Notes: generated by a model from the letters alone, not told the origin. Numbered from the stretch's first letter, positions 30,184-41,824 are shown. The stretch is DNA of 64,000 bases from Candidatus Marinacidobacterium sp. (GCA_965204755.1 OZ242011.1:1120001-1184000); one strand, 5' to 3'. Numbers and translations: made by a program.

Positions 30184-30293
30184 CCTCGATATGCTCCGGT
30201 GACGCCGCGACGGTCGGACGAGCCCATGGTGTCGGCCGGATCTCCGCGGAGTGTCCCGGTCCGCCGGCGCGGCGGCCACACCCAAAGGAGACA

Positions 30294-31136
30294 ATGACGA
30301 TGCGAGTCGTAGCCATCGATCCCGCTCCCGCCAAGGAGAGCACGATGTACAGCGCCGAGGCCGGCTTCCGGTCGGTGCCGGCGTCGGAGATGCGAGGTGT
30401 CCTAGAAGACTTGGCGTCTCCGGTTCTTCTTTGCTGGGATGCTCCGCTGACCGGGCCGCGCCTTGTCGAAGAGGCCGGTTCGGGCGACGGCGACTTCTCG
30501 CAGAGGCGCCTCGACAGTTTCTTCGCCCGAAAGGAGACGGGCTTCAAGACCCCGAAGGGAATCTCCGTGCTGCCGTACGCCGGCTGTCCCCACTGGACGA
30601 TCTCGCGATCCGTTCTCGGGCTTCCCAGGGTCGGTCCGTGGGACACGGACTTCGATCGTCTGCCGTTCCATCTCCTGCCGGGAAACGCACGCGAAGCGAG
30701 CGGCGTCGCGGTGTCGCAACTGACCCGCTCCTGCGCCGTGGAGATCCATCCGGCGGTGGCCGCATGGCTCTGGTGCAAGAAGGAGTTGAGGAAGAGGAGT
30801 TGGAAGCGGGGAAAGGGATGGAAGTACAAGGGTTCTGGCAGGGACGAGGCCCTCATCGACGAGATGTGGGAGGTCATCCTCGGTCGGTGCGACGACAGTC
30901 TGCGGAGCACCCTGCGCAAGCCGGAGAGCGATGACGAGTTCGATGCCGCTGTCGGCTACATCCTCGGGGTCAAGTGGCTGCGTGGCGACGAAGAAGTGGT
31001 CCTCCTCGGCGACCGGGAGACGGGCGCCATGCTGCTTCCTCATTTGAAGGAACCCCGCGAACCTGACTTGGTGGAGAACTGGACCGCGTTCCGAGCCCGG
31101 TGGACGGAAGAGGGCGGTTCAGGCGTAGCGGAATAG
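30294..31136 (+). CDS. DUF429-like RNase H-fold putative nuclease
   Basis: VVAIDPA, WDAPL, EIHPA, DEFDA acidic motifs. RBS AAGGAG. Confidence 0.72.
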   Translation: MTMRVVAIDPAPAKESTMYSAEAGFRSVPASEMRGVLEDLASPVLLCWDAPLTGPRLVEEAGSGDGDFSQRRLDSFFARKETGFKTPKGISVLPYAGCPHWTISRSVLGLPRVGPWDTDFDRLPFHLLPGNAREASGVAVSQLTRSCAVEIHPAVAAWLWCKKELRKRSWKRGKGWKYKGSGRDEALIDEMWEVILGRCDDSLRSTLRKPESDDEFDAAVGYILGVKWLRGDEEVVLLGDRETGAMLLPHLKEPREPDLVENWTAFRARWTEEGGSGVAE

Positions 31137-32471
31137 CGGGGGGAAGGCGATCACGACGACCGCGGCCCAGGCGGAGTACACCGGCAGGTAGGCGGTCTGC
31201 CATCGCTCGAGGGCGCGGAAGGAACCGCGGCCGAAGAGGAAGCGGCCGTAGAGCCAGGCCGACCAGCCGAGGTTGGCCAGGATGACCAGGTTCTCGCCGA
31301 GGGCGGCGGTCTTGTTGGGGCTGAAGCCGAAGTCGGAGATCCGGGAAACGATGCCGGCGAGGGCGGCGACATCCATCAGGAGCGCGACGGCCACGAGGGC
31401 GCCGGTCAGCCAGTCGAAGAGTCCCGGCGGCGCGTCGGGGTCGCGGGAGGCCACGACATAGATCAGCAGGCCGAGCACCAGCGCGAGGAGCAGGTCGAAG
31501 GCGATCAGGACTTCGCGGTCGGCGCCGAGGCCCCTGCCGGTCCAAGCCATCGCGCCGAGGAAGACCAGGAGGACGGCGGCGACCAGCGGGGTGAACACTC
31601 GAGCCAGCATCGGCGCGATCTGCTGGGTCGTCTTGCCCCAGGTCTCGGCGAGCCAGGCGCAGACCACGACGGCGCCGGCCGCCGCGGAGGGAATCACCCA
31701 ACTGAGGACCGCGTCTTCGACCGGGATCTCGATTACGGCGAACATCGCCTGGGACAGCGCGACGAGCAGCCCGCCGCCGGCCGCGACGAGGACGAAGGTG
31801 ATGAACCACCCGCCGGAGAAACGCACGAACGCAAGGCGCTGCCCGACTTCGTTCCAGCGGCTCCCGGCATAGGCGGCGCCGACCGCGAGCCAAAGGGCGA
31901 TCGGCAAGTGCACCGTCGCGAGGTCGCCGGAAGCGCCGTTCGGCGCGAAGGGGTAGAGATGCGCCACGAATCCGGCGACGAGGAACGGCGCCGCGAGCAG
32001 CAGCCGTCCCTTCCCGCTCAGTCGGCGTTTCCAGGCGAAGAACCCGGCGAACAGGAACAGGACGAACACGATGGCCGTCCGGTAGTACGCGGCGTCGTCG
32101 TCGCCCAGGTCGAGTTGCCGGACGATCAGGTTGACGACGGCCACGCCCGCGGCGGCGGCGACGGCGAGCAGGAACGCTGCGCCGAACTCGCGGCGGCGCT
32201 CGGGCGCCGAATCCGCGGAGGCGGCGCGCGCCCGATCGGGCCAAAGACGCGCGGCGAACCGCCGCGCGAAACCGCGGGACTCGTCGTCTCGTTCCCCCAT
32301 TCGCCCCACGGCGACCAGGAAGGCCTCGTCCGGGGTCAACCCGGCCTCGACCAGCGCCCGCGCCCGTTCGCGCAGTTCTTCTTCGCGTTCGGCCCCGCCT
32401 CCTGCGCCGCGCCGCCACTCGGCGATGCGCTCCTCGATCCGTCCCCCGTTCGCTGCCTCGTTCTCCGTCAT
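31119..32471 (-). CDS. Polytopic membrane protein with permease-prefix domain (DUF4153-like)
   Basis: N-terminal EEELR...AGLTPDEAFLVAVGRMG followed by ~10 TM helices; RISDFGFSPNK. Confidence 0.8.
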   Translation of the reverse strand: MTENEAANGGRIEERIAEWRRGAGGGAEREEELRERARALVEAGLTPDEAFLVAVGRMGERDDESRGFARRFAARLWPDRARAASADSAPERRREFGAAFLLAVAAAAGVAVVNLIVRQLDLGDDDAAYYRTAIVFVLFLFAGFFAWKRRLSGKGRLLLAAPFLVAGFVAHLYPFAPNGASGDLATVHLPIALWLAVGAAYAGSRWNEVGQRLAFVRFSGGWFITFVLVAAGGGLLVALSQAMFAVIEIPVEDAVLSWVIPSAAAGAVVVCAWLAETWGKTTQQIAPMLARVFTPLVAAVLLVFLGAMAWTGRGLGADREVLIAFDLLLALVLGLLIYVVASRDPDAPPGLFDWLTGALVAVALLMDVAALAGIVSRISDFGFSPNKTAALGENLVILANLGWSAWLYGRFLFGRGSFRALERWQTAYLPVYSAWAAVVVIAFPPLFRYA

Positions 32472-32530
32472 GCGGTCTCCCTTCCCGGTCCGTCCTCCCG
32501 ACCCCTACGACGGCCCGCCGCCCCCGGTTC

Positions 32531-32929
32531 TCACGCCGAGCGTACCGCCATCTCGGAACTCGCGGAGGGCGGAGGCGCCGCTGCCTTTCCTTCGCCGGCG
32601 GCGGCGTCCGACGGGCGCCCCTGCCCCGCGCTCCGGCAGATGTCGTGGGCGCGCCAGTCGGGGAGGTGGGCGGCGAGGACGGCGCGGAAGAGTTTGCCGT
32701 GGTTGGGGATGCGGAGGTGGAGGAGTTCGTGGGCGATCACGAAGTCCTGGAAGCCGGGGAGTTGGTCGGGGAGGTCGGAGGCGAGGGTGATCGTTCCGGC
32801 GGTAGAGCATGAACCCCATTTCCGGGTCATCCGCCGGACGCGGACGATCCGGGGGCGCACCCGGAGGCGCTCCGCCCAGGACTCCACCCGCCGGGCGAGG
32901 GCGGCGCGGCGGGGGTCAGGCGCCGCCAT
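32531..32929 (-). CDS. YgjP/DUF45 (M48-like) metallopeptidase commonly downstream of hsdR
   Basis: [27 protein letters not shown]; overlaps the hsdR stop. Confidence 0.88.
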   Translation of the reverse strand: MAAPDPRRAALARRVESWAERLRVRPRIVRVRRMTRKWGSCSTAGTITLASDLPDQLPGFQDFVIAHELLHLRIPNHGKLFRAVLAAHLPDWRAHDICRSAGQGRPSDAAAGEGKAAAPPPSASSEMAVRSA

Positions 32930-35873
32930 CGCGTCCGGCGCGGAAGAGCATGGCGATGATGCGGTCCACCAGGGCTTTGCGCTCGGACCCGGCCACTTCG
33001 AGGAGCGGTTTGTAGAGCGCGGCGCGGAGGCGCCGCTCCTCGTCGGGGCTCTCGGCGGCGTTGGGGAAGCGCGAGAGGAGATCCTCGACTTCGCGGCCCA
33101 GGGCCTCCGGCTCGACTTGCGCCTCGCGAAGGGCCGACTCGTCGCGTAACTCCCAGCCGACCGCGAAGGCCCGGGGAGAGAGGCCGCTCTCGCGGAGCGC
33201 GCGTTCCGCGGCCGCGCGCTCGTTCGCCAACCGGGCGAGCCGGTCGAGGCATTCGGCCGCTGTCGCCTGCCGGGTCTCCATGGCGCTCAACACGCCCTCC
33301 GCCCGCTCCCTGAGCGCGACCAGGACCGGCGCGGTCTCCGGTTCTTCCTCGATCTCCTTGGCGAGCCCGCGGACCAGGTCGAACACCTTGGCCTCGTCGG
33401 GGCGTTTCTCGCCTCGCAGGGCCTTCAGGGTTTCGAGATCGAAGTCCGCGCTCCGCACTTGGAAACTCGTGTCCGCGAGATCGGCGTGTTCGCGCACGAG
33501 TTGTATGGTCTTGTTGCCCAGGTCGTGGTCGTAGTGGACGGTCTTGGAGTAGGCGTTCCGGACGGCCGTGTAGAGATCGGCGAGACCCTTGTAGGTCTCG
33601 ATCCAGTCCCGGAGTTCCTTCGCGGGAGAGAGGATTTCCCAGAGGTTCTCGAGGTCCTTGAAGTCCTGGAAGAACTGCCGCCGCGTTTCCTCGTCGCGCA
33701 GGTGTTCGTAGGCGATCCGCTCGAGCCGCTCGTCCTGCCCCTCGCCGGCCTTGCCGGGCAGGAGCCAATCGTTCTTCGCGCGCGCGATCTTCGCCCGGAA
33801 GTCCGCCAGCAGCAGGTCGAGGTCCTCGATGGCGCCGCCGATGTCCTCCGAGTCGAACCGGAGGGCCTTCCTCAACTGACGGAGGACGCCCACGAAGTCC
33901 ACGATCAGGCCGATCCGCTTGGCCCGTCCGTCCCGGTCGGCGTACGGCCGGTTCACGCGGGCGATGGCCTGCAGCAGCACATGGTCGCGCATCGGTTTGT
34001 CCAGGTACATGCAGTAGAGGATCGGCGCGTCGAAACCGGTGAGCAGTTTGTCGGTGACGATCAGGATCTTCGGGTCTTCGCCCTCGCGGCGGAAACTCGA
34101 GCGCGCGGTCGCCTCTTCGTCTTCCGACAACTGGTACTGCGCCACCAGCGGGCGTTCCACGACATCGTTCGCGTTCCCGTAGTAGATCGGCGCCGTCCAC
34201 TCCGGGGGCAGCCGTTGATCCAGCGCGCGTTTGTACCGGGCGCAGGCCTCGCGGTTCACGCCGACGAGGAACGCCTTGTAGCCCAGCGGCTCGACATTCT
34301 TCCGGAAGTGGTCGGCGATGAAGTCGGCCACCTTCTCGATGCGGTCGTCCGCGGTGAGGAAAGTCGCGAGGCCCGCCGAGCGGTCGAGGACCCGGTTCAA
34401 CTCCTCGATGTCCGTCACCCCGTCCGCCTCGGCGAAGTCGAAGAACTCCCGGTCGAGCAGGTCCACCGGAGCGGTCAACTCGCTCGCCGCCAGGGTATGC
34501 CGGATCGGGAGGGTCGTTTCGTCCTCGATGGACTCGGCGATGGAGTACTTGTCCAGGTATCCGCGGTCGTCCTCGGCGCCGAAGATCTTGAAGGTGCCCC
34601 GCCCGTGTTCCGTCCGGGCGATGGGGGTTCCGGTGAAACCGATGACCGTGGCGTTCGGGAGGGCGCCCATCAGGTAGTTGCCCAGGTCGCCGGCCACCGA
34701 GCGGTGCGCCTCGTCGATGAAGACGAAGGTGTTCGCTCGCGCATTGGCGTCGCGATCGATCCCGTCGAACTTGTGGATCATCGAGAGGATCAGTCCCCGC
34801 CGGTCGGCCCGCAGATAGTCGCGCAGGTCGTGGATCGAGTCGGCGCGCGCGACCGCGATGTCCCGTTGCTGCATTTCGCCGAGCAGCCGATCCACCCAAC
34901 CGCGCAGTTGCGACTCGAGTTCCCTCCGGTCCACGACCACGACGACGGTCGGCTTCGCGAAGCGGCGTTCCCGGTCCTCCAGGATCAGCCGGGCGGCGGT
35001 CAGCAGCGTGAAGGTCTTGCCCGAGCCCTGCGTGTGCCAGATGAGACCGCGGGCCTTGCCGGCATCGGCGCAGCGCTCGACGATCCGGTCGGCGGCGCGC
35101 CGCTGGTGCCGGCGGAGGACGGACTTCCTCGTTTCGCCGTCCTCCACATGGAAGAGGATCCAGTCGCGCAGGGTTCGCAGGAAATCCGTCGGCTCGAAGA
35201 ACGACTGGACGGCGAAGCGGTAAGTCTCGTCGTCCTCTTCCTTCCACCGCGCCGCGAACCGGCGCGAGATGTTCCAGGTGACGCCGTACCAGTAGTCGAA
35301 GAGGTGCGTCACATTGAACAGTTGCGCCGCCGCCACCAACTCGGGCGTGACCTCCTCGTAGCGCCGTAACTGCGTCAGGCCCTTCTCGATGGCGTCGCGG
35401 TGCTTCGGGTTCTTGTGCTCCACGATGGCCGCCGGGATCCCGTTCACCAGGAACATCACATCGGCGCGGCTCGCCCGCCGGGCCGGCGGTCGAACCGACC
35501 ATTCCCAGGTGACCCGCAGGGAGTTCTCGCCCGGGCTGTCGAAGTCCACCAGCCGCACCGGCCGCTGCCGGGCTTCGGCCTCGTCGTAGATCTGCCGCTC
35601 CCCGCGCAGCCAGGCGAGCACTTGCCGGTTTCCCTCGATCGTCGCCGGGAGGGCTTCGAGGGCTTCGACTACCGAGCGGACCGCCTCCGGGCTCATCCAG
35701 GGGTTGAGGCGACCGAGGGCCGACTCCAACTCGTCCCGGAGCAGCGTCCCGGCCGGACCTCCCCGCTTCCGCTCCGCCGCCGCCGGCGCGAGCCGCGTCC
35801 AACCCACCTCCTCCGCGTGCCGCACCATCGGGAACTGCACCGCCCCCGCCTCGCTGATCTTCGGCACGGTCAA
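32916..35873 (-). CDS. hsdR: Type I restriction enzyme R subunit
   Basis: Nuclease motif [52 protein letters not shown]. Confidence 0.96.
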   Translation of the reverse strand: MTVPKISEAGAVQFPMVRHAEEVGWTRLAPAAAERKRGGPAGTLLRDELESALGRLNPWMSPEAVRSVVEALEALPATIEGNRQVLAWLRGERQIYDEAEARQRPVRLVDFDSPGENSLRVTWEWSVRPPARRASRADVMFLVNGIPAAIVEHKNPKHRDAIEKGLTQLRRYEEVTPELVAAAQLFNVTHLFDYWYGVTWNISRRFAARWKEEDDETYRFAVQSFFEPTDFLRTLRDWILFHVEDGETRKSVLRRHQRRAADRIVERCADAGKARGLIWHTQGSGKTFTLLTAARLILEDRERRFAKPTVVVVVDRRELESQLRGWVDRLLGEMQQRDIAVARADSIHDLRDYLRADRRGLILSMIHKFDGIDRDANARANTFVFIDEAHRSVAGDLGNYLMGALPNATVIGFTGTPIARTEHGRGTFKIFGAEDDRGYLDKYSIAESIEDETTLPIRHTLAASELTAPVDLLDREFFDFAEADGVTDIEELNRVLDRSAGLATFLTADDRIEKVADFIADHFRKNVEPLGYKAFLVGVNREACARYKRALDQRLPPEWTAPIYYGNANDVVERPLVAQYQLSEDEEATARSSFRREGEDPKILIVTDKLLTGFDAPILYCMYLDKPMRDHVLLQAIARVNRPYADRDGRAKRIGLIVDFVGVLRQLRKALRFDSEDIGGAIEDLDLLLADFRAKIARAKNDWLLPGKAGEGQDERLERIAYEHLRDEETRRQFFQDFKDLENLWEILSPAKELRDWIETYKGLADLYTAVRNAYSKTVHYDHDLGNKTIQLVREHADLADTSFQVRSADFDLETLKALRGEKRPDEAKVFDLVRGLAKEIEEEPETAPVLVALRERAEGVLSAMETRQATAAECLDRLARLANERAAAERALRESGLSPRAFAVGWELRDESALREAQVEPEALGREVEDLLSRFPNAAESPDEERRLRAALYKPLLEVAGSERKALVDRIIAMLFRAGRDGGA

Positions 35874-36012
35874 GACGCTGCTGCTCCCCGGCGCGGCCGG
35901 GCCGCCGGGGCCGGCCGTCCGACTCCCCCCGGCGGCCGGCGGCGACCCCGCGCCTCGTCGCCCACTCCACCTCGCGCCCGACGCCTCCGGCCCGGGGACG
36001 CTATCCTACCCG

Positions 36013-36126
36013 GCAAAGGTTCCTCCCCGGTGACAAGCCTGCCGCTGTGGGCTTTCCGGGTGTTGGTCGCCGGCTTCACCAGCACCGATTAGCCGGGCAA
36101 ACCGGTCGGAATAGCCGGGGGGGTCA
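36013..36126 (+). ncRNA. Putative structured ncRNA, copy 1 of 3 (DUF3800-associated)
   Basis: Near-identical to copies 2 and 3; folds into a closed multi-stem structure; TATCCT -10-like hexamer at 36002-36007. Confidence 0.7.
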
Positions 36127-36257
36127 TCACGGCGGCGTCCCGACCTCGCGGGAGTGGGCCCGGGTGTAGGACGAACCGAGTGCGGGATCCCGTCGGAAGG
36201 AACGCGAGCGTGGCGAGCGTGTCTGCTCCGGCCAGCGCGGGAAGCCCGCCGGCGCGC

Positions 36258-36286
36258 TTGACCGACGAACGGGCCCAAACTATGGT
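36258..36286 (+). promoter_or_regulatory. sigma70 promoter of ncRNA copy 2
   Basis: TTGACC-N17-TATGGT ending 5 nt before the repeat. Confidence 0.75.
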
Positions 36287-36291
36287 TCCCG

Positions 36292-36403
36292 GCAAAGTTC
36301 CTCCCCGGTGACAAGCCTGCACTGTGGACTTTCCGGGTGTTGGTTGCCGGCTTCACCAGCACCGATTAGCCGAGTAACTCGGTCGGAATAGCCGGGGGGG
36401 TCA
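36292..36403 (+). ncRNA. Putative structured ncRNA, copy 2 of 3
   Basis: Direct repeat with mostly pairing-preserving substitutions relative to copy 1. Confidence 0.72.
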
Positions 36404-36525
36404 TCACGGTGGCGTCCCGACCCTGCCGGAATTGGCCGTGCCATGAGTCCCCGACGACCGGCGCTTGGCCGCACCAGAGCCAAACGGAGACTGGTTCGGG
36501 TTGCCGGCGAGACCGCCCGGCGCGC

Positions 36526-36554
36526 TTGACCGACGGACGAGCCGGGGCTATGGT
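36526..36554 (+). promoter_or_regulatory. sigma70 promoter of ncRNA copy 3
   Basis: TTGACC-N17-TATGGT. The hexamers are identical to the copy-2 promoter while the spacer has partly diverged. Confidence 0.75.
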
Positions 36555-36559
36555 TCTCC

Positions 36560-36673
36560 GCAAAGGTTCCTCCCCGGTGACAAGCCTGCCACTGTGGGCT
36601 TTCCGGGTGCTGGTTGCCGGCTTCACCAGTGCCGATTAGCCGAGTAAATCGGTCGGAATAGCCGGGGGGGTCA
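36560..36673 (+). ncRNA. Putative structured ncRNA, copy 3 of 3
   Basis: Direct repeat; stem GGTGCTGGT/ACCAGTGCC retains pairing. Confidence 0.72.
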
Positions 36674-36778
36674 CTCTCTGAGTCTTGCCCGGCGGGTAGC
36701 CCCGTCGCTCACCTGTCGGCCGGAACCGTGCCGGGACTTGACACGGCTGGTTCCCAAGTGGCGGGTTCGCCGAACCTG

Positions 36779-37444
36779 TCACGGTGTCTGTCTGTCCTCG
36801 GCACGCAAAGCGTACCGGAGCGCCGGTTCAATCAGCCTGAAGTAGCGCCCGTCCCCCTTGGCCCACTCTCTCTGGATGGCCCAACAGCAGTAGTCCGCCA
36901 CCTGAAGCCCGAAGTGCGACCGGGACTCATGGTGATGGATGTCATAGCCGTACCCTCGCCGCACCATCTTCGGCAGAGATTCCCGCACCCTCCTCTCCAC
37001 GACCTTCCTGGTCCGTTTCACCGGGATCCGGTCCGTGATGATCACGGCCCGGCTCCCGTCGCCGATATGCGCTCCGGGGATCACCCGGGCCAGAAGGGTC
37101 CCGACCATCCTCGGATAGAACTGCGCTATCGGCCGGAGCGAGGCCTCGGTTTTCGCCTTCCCGGCCACCAGATAGTCGATCTGCATGCGATCTCGGTGCG
37201 CCGCGATGATCCCGAACACGCGATCACGCACGACGGGTTTGTCCTTGGCGCAGTGAAAATACTCGGTGTCGTATCCCGACTCCAAGCGCTCGTAGCGGTA
37301 CTCCGCGAGGGCATCGTCAATCTCGGTCGGGCGCCGCATGGTCACGGCAGTCACGACGAAGTAGGCGCTGCCCTGCTCGCCGAAATTGAAGTCCCCCGAC
37401 TCGTCGAGAAACACATACGGCGCGCCCTCCGTCGCCTGCGTCAC
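36779..37444 (-). CDS. DUF3800 family protein (predicted RNase H-like fold)
   Basis: YVFLDESGDFNF...YFVVTAV at the N-terminus and SRSHFGLQVADYCCWAI at the C-terminus. GTG start overlaps the hsdS stop (GTGA). Confidence 0.85.
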   Translation of the reverse strand: MTQATEGAPYVFLDESGDFNFGEQGSAYFVVTAVTMRRPTEIDDALAEYRYERLESGYDTEYFHCAKDKPVVRDRVFGIIAAHRDRMQIDYLVAGKAKTEASLRPIAQFYPRMVGTLLARVIPGAHIGDGSRAVIITDRIPVKRTRKVVERRVRESLPKMVRRGYGYDIHHHESRSHFGLQVADYCCWAIQREWAKGDGRYFRLIEPALRYALRAEDRQTP

Positions 37445-38741
37445 TTCCGTCCGTCCCGTTCCGTGTTCGTGCCGGCGTAGTTCCCAAGTTTCGACAGTTC
37501 GAGTTCGTCGGCTCGAATCCGTCCGGTCATCAAGTCGTGAAGCAGGGTGCGGAACAATTGCTCGAGAAGAGAACACTTTCGTCGACTGTTCTCCAACTTG
37601 TTCTCGATCGCGCCGATCATTGCGACGATCTCGACCTGCTCATGTACAGGGGGATCTGGCACGGCGAGACCCGCTAGACGCGAGCGCGACAGGTTGGGTA
37701 TCGTCGTGCGATTACCGGCGCCCTCGTACACGCCTCGATTCACGAACCCCTCCTCCAGCCACGCTCTCACGAAGTGCGGTCTCGTGGCGCTGTCTCCTAC
37801 GGAGGATCGGACTCGGAGACGGTGGAGGTGGTTCTGGAAGACGACACCCTCCTCTTCCCTGCGCCAGACGGCTGCGCGCCCGATGTCGCCTCCTTCACAA
37901 ACGAGAAGGTCTCCGTTCTGCACTCTCTTCCGCTCCGGCACCTCCCCGTCGAGTCGCATCCGACTTACGGAGTTGAGATCGAAACGACCCCAATAGACAT
38001 TCGAAGTACGCAGGAAGGGCGTTCCTTCCTCGCTTCGCGTCAGATTCCCCTTCAGAGACAGCCCCTGTTCGATTTCGAACAAGTCGCCGATCGTCGAGAG
38101 CCGCCAACTCCGTGGAATCGAGCCGATCTCCGTGTCCTTCGTCGGCTCGTTGTGGAGTCCTCGCATGAAGAGATGGCGCGACGCTGCCTGCTTCAACTCC
38201 TGCGCCAAAGCGACCAGGCGCTGTTGAGTCCCGACTGCCGTCCGTACGAACCTGAGCGTTTTCGCGATGATTCGCTGCTCCTCACGGTTGGGCAGCGGGA
38301 CCTCCAGCGCAGAAAGTCGACTGCGTGACAGGTTCGGGATCGTCGTCTGGTTGCCCGCGCCCCGGAAGAGGTCGAGTTGCGTGAACGCCGACTGGAGGAA
38401 GTACACATAGAAGCGGGGTTCCACGCCTTCAACGGCAGGACGCAGCCGGTGCAGGTGGTTCTGGAACGCCATCGGCGCGATGTCTTCTTCCCAGATCGCG
38501 GAGCGCCCGATCTCGCCTCCCTCACAGACGAGCAGATCTCCCCGGCGAAGGGATTTGACGGACAACTCCTCCGGGGAGATCGCCATTTCGTCAACCGTGG
38601 ACAGGTCGATCTCGTCCCACAGGACATTCGATGTTCGGAGGAACGGCGTTTTCGGCCTGCCGAGGCGGGCCGAGGCCGACATCGTTTTTCCTGCTCCGAT
38701 CTCGAACAGATCCCCGAGTCGCCGCCGAGGCCAGGCGTCAT

Positions 38742-38745
<4 letters not shown>
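37441..38745 (-). CDS. hsdS: Type I restriction-modification specificity subunit
   Basis: Two TRD-CR repeats ([12 protein letters not shown] / [13 protein letters not shown]), [16 protein letters not shown]. Visibly less GC-rich than the flanks. Confidence 0.95.
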
Positions 38746-40580
<1,835 letters not shown>

Positions 40581-40591
40581 CTATGACTGGA

Positions 40592-40620
40592 ATGATATAC
40601 TATGTTCTCACCCAATCCAA
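40592..40620 (-). promoter_or_regulatory. Putative sigma70 promoter of the hsdM operon
   Basis: Minus strand TTGGAT-N17-TATCAT, 11 nt before the hsdM ATG. Confidence 0.55.
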
Positions 40621-40656
40621 GCGGGCGGTCTCCCGCCGCCAAGATCCTCGGAGGCT

Positions 40657-41205
40657 ACGAAAAACACCACCCCAGCCCAACTCTTCACCGACCTCCCCCT
40701 TCGAATCACCAGCGACCGGTTCTGGCGCGCGTTCGGCCGTGCCGAGCACGAAACGCTCGATTTCACGCGGAGCATTCCCCGTGACTTCCACGCCCTGATC
40801 ACCGCCATGGCCATGACTCGGGGCGGTCTCGTCGTCCACGGGGTCGGAAGGGGCCCGGCGTTGATCGGCTGCCCGTATTCGGGGGGCTTGGCCGCCCGCA
40901 TCGGACACTTCGGACAGCGGTGCGAGGTTGCGCTCGAAGTCCGCGCGCTGGTCGTGGACGACTTCGACCTGACCATCACCGCCGTTCCGGAGGTCCACGG
41001 TCGAGTCGTGACCACGCCGAGCGGCCGCCTGCTGCGCCGTGTCGGGTGGCGGAACGAACCGGTTCCGAACGCAGTGTTCACGCAGTTCATCCTGGAACGA
41101 TGCGCTCCCCCGGAGGACGGCTCGACTCGCCTGGTGGACGCCGCCGTGAAACAGCGGAATCGGTCGGGCTCCAGCGGATCCGGGGAGGATGGCGTCGATG
41201 GTTGA
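40657..41205 (+). pseudogene. Degenerate stand-alone AlbA_2 (Schlafen-like) domain with no canonical start
   Basis: The frame of ORF 40807..41205 extends upstream: AEHETLDFTRSIPRDFHALITAMAMTRGGLVVHGV...RRVGWRN. No ATG/GTG/TTG occurs between the stop at 40567 and 40807. Confidence 0.55.
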
Positions 41206-41824
41206 GTTTTCCACGCTGCTCGAAGCCCTCGCCGCCGAGCGTCCCGTCTTCCACTCGGAGGCCGACTTCCAGTTCGCGCTCGCCTGGAAGGTTCGGGAGA
41301 CGACGGGCCAGCCCGTCCGCTTGGAGTGGAAGCCATTCGCGGCGGAGAAGATCTATGTGGACCTGTTGCTGCCGCGCGCCGAGGTCGCCGTGGAACTGAA
41401 GTACCTGACGCGAGGCCTCGAAGCAAACTGCAACGGTGAGTCGTTCGCGCTCGCGGATCAAGCCGCGCATGACATCCGCCGCTACGACTTCCTGAAGGAT
41501 GTCGCGAGGCTGGAACGGGTTGCCGCGGGGTCCGGGCGGATCAAGAAGGGGGTCGCCATCCTCTTGACGAACGATTCGGCTCACTGGAGGCCTCCGACCC
41601 GACAGAACACGGTGGACGCAGATTTCCGAATCCACGAGGGGCGGACGGCGTCCGGGCCGTTGGCTTGGGTAGCCCATGCCGGACGGGGAACTACGAGGGG
41701 ACGAGAGGACCCGATCGTCCTCGAGGGCTCGTACCGGTTTCACTGGCGCGACTACGGCAGCCCGGTCCAACGGCGCCACGGCCAGTTTCGTTACTTGGCG
41801 GTCGAAGTGTCGCAGGGACCGTAA
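41189..41824 (+). CDS. Putative PD-(D/E)xK-type nuclease
   Basis: SEADFQFALAW...VRLE...YVDLLL...AVELKY...RYDFLKDVARLE. Confidence 0.65.
   Translation: MASMVEFSTLLEALAAERPVFHSEADFQFALAWKVRETTGQPVRLEWKPFAAEKIYVDLLLPRAEVAVELKYLTRGLEANCNGESFALADQAAHDIRRYDFLKDVARLERVAAGSGRIKKGVAILLTNDSAHWRPPTRQNTVDADFRIHEGRTASGPLAWVAHAGRGTTRGREDPIVLEGSYRFHWRDYGSPVQRRHGQFRYLAVEVSQGP

Noticed and set aside
35870-36647. Short ORFs in the repeat array (MLVKPATNTRK...)
   Set aside because: They differ in length and frame between copies because of indels. Substitutions preserve base pairing rather than codons.
36013-36673. CRISPR array interpretation of the triple repeat
   Set aside because: Repeats are ~110 bp with ~160 bp intervals and individual promoters; no cas genes in the window.
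36738-36766. TTGACA as a fourth array promoter
   Set aside because: No -10 hexamer at 16-18 bp and no repeat copy follows.
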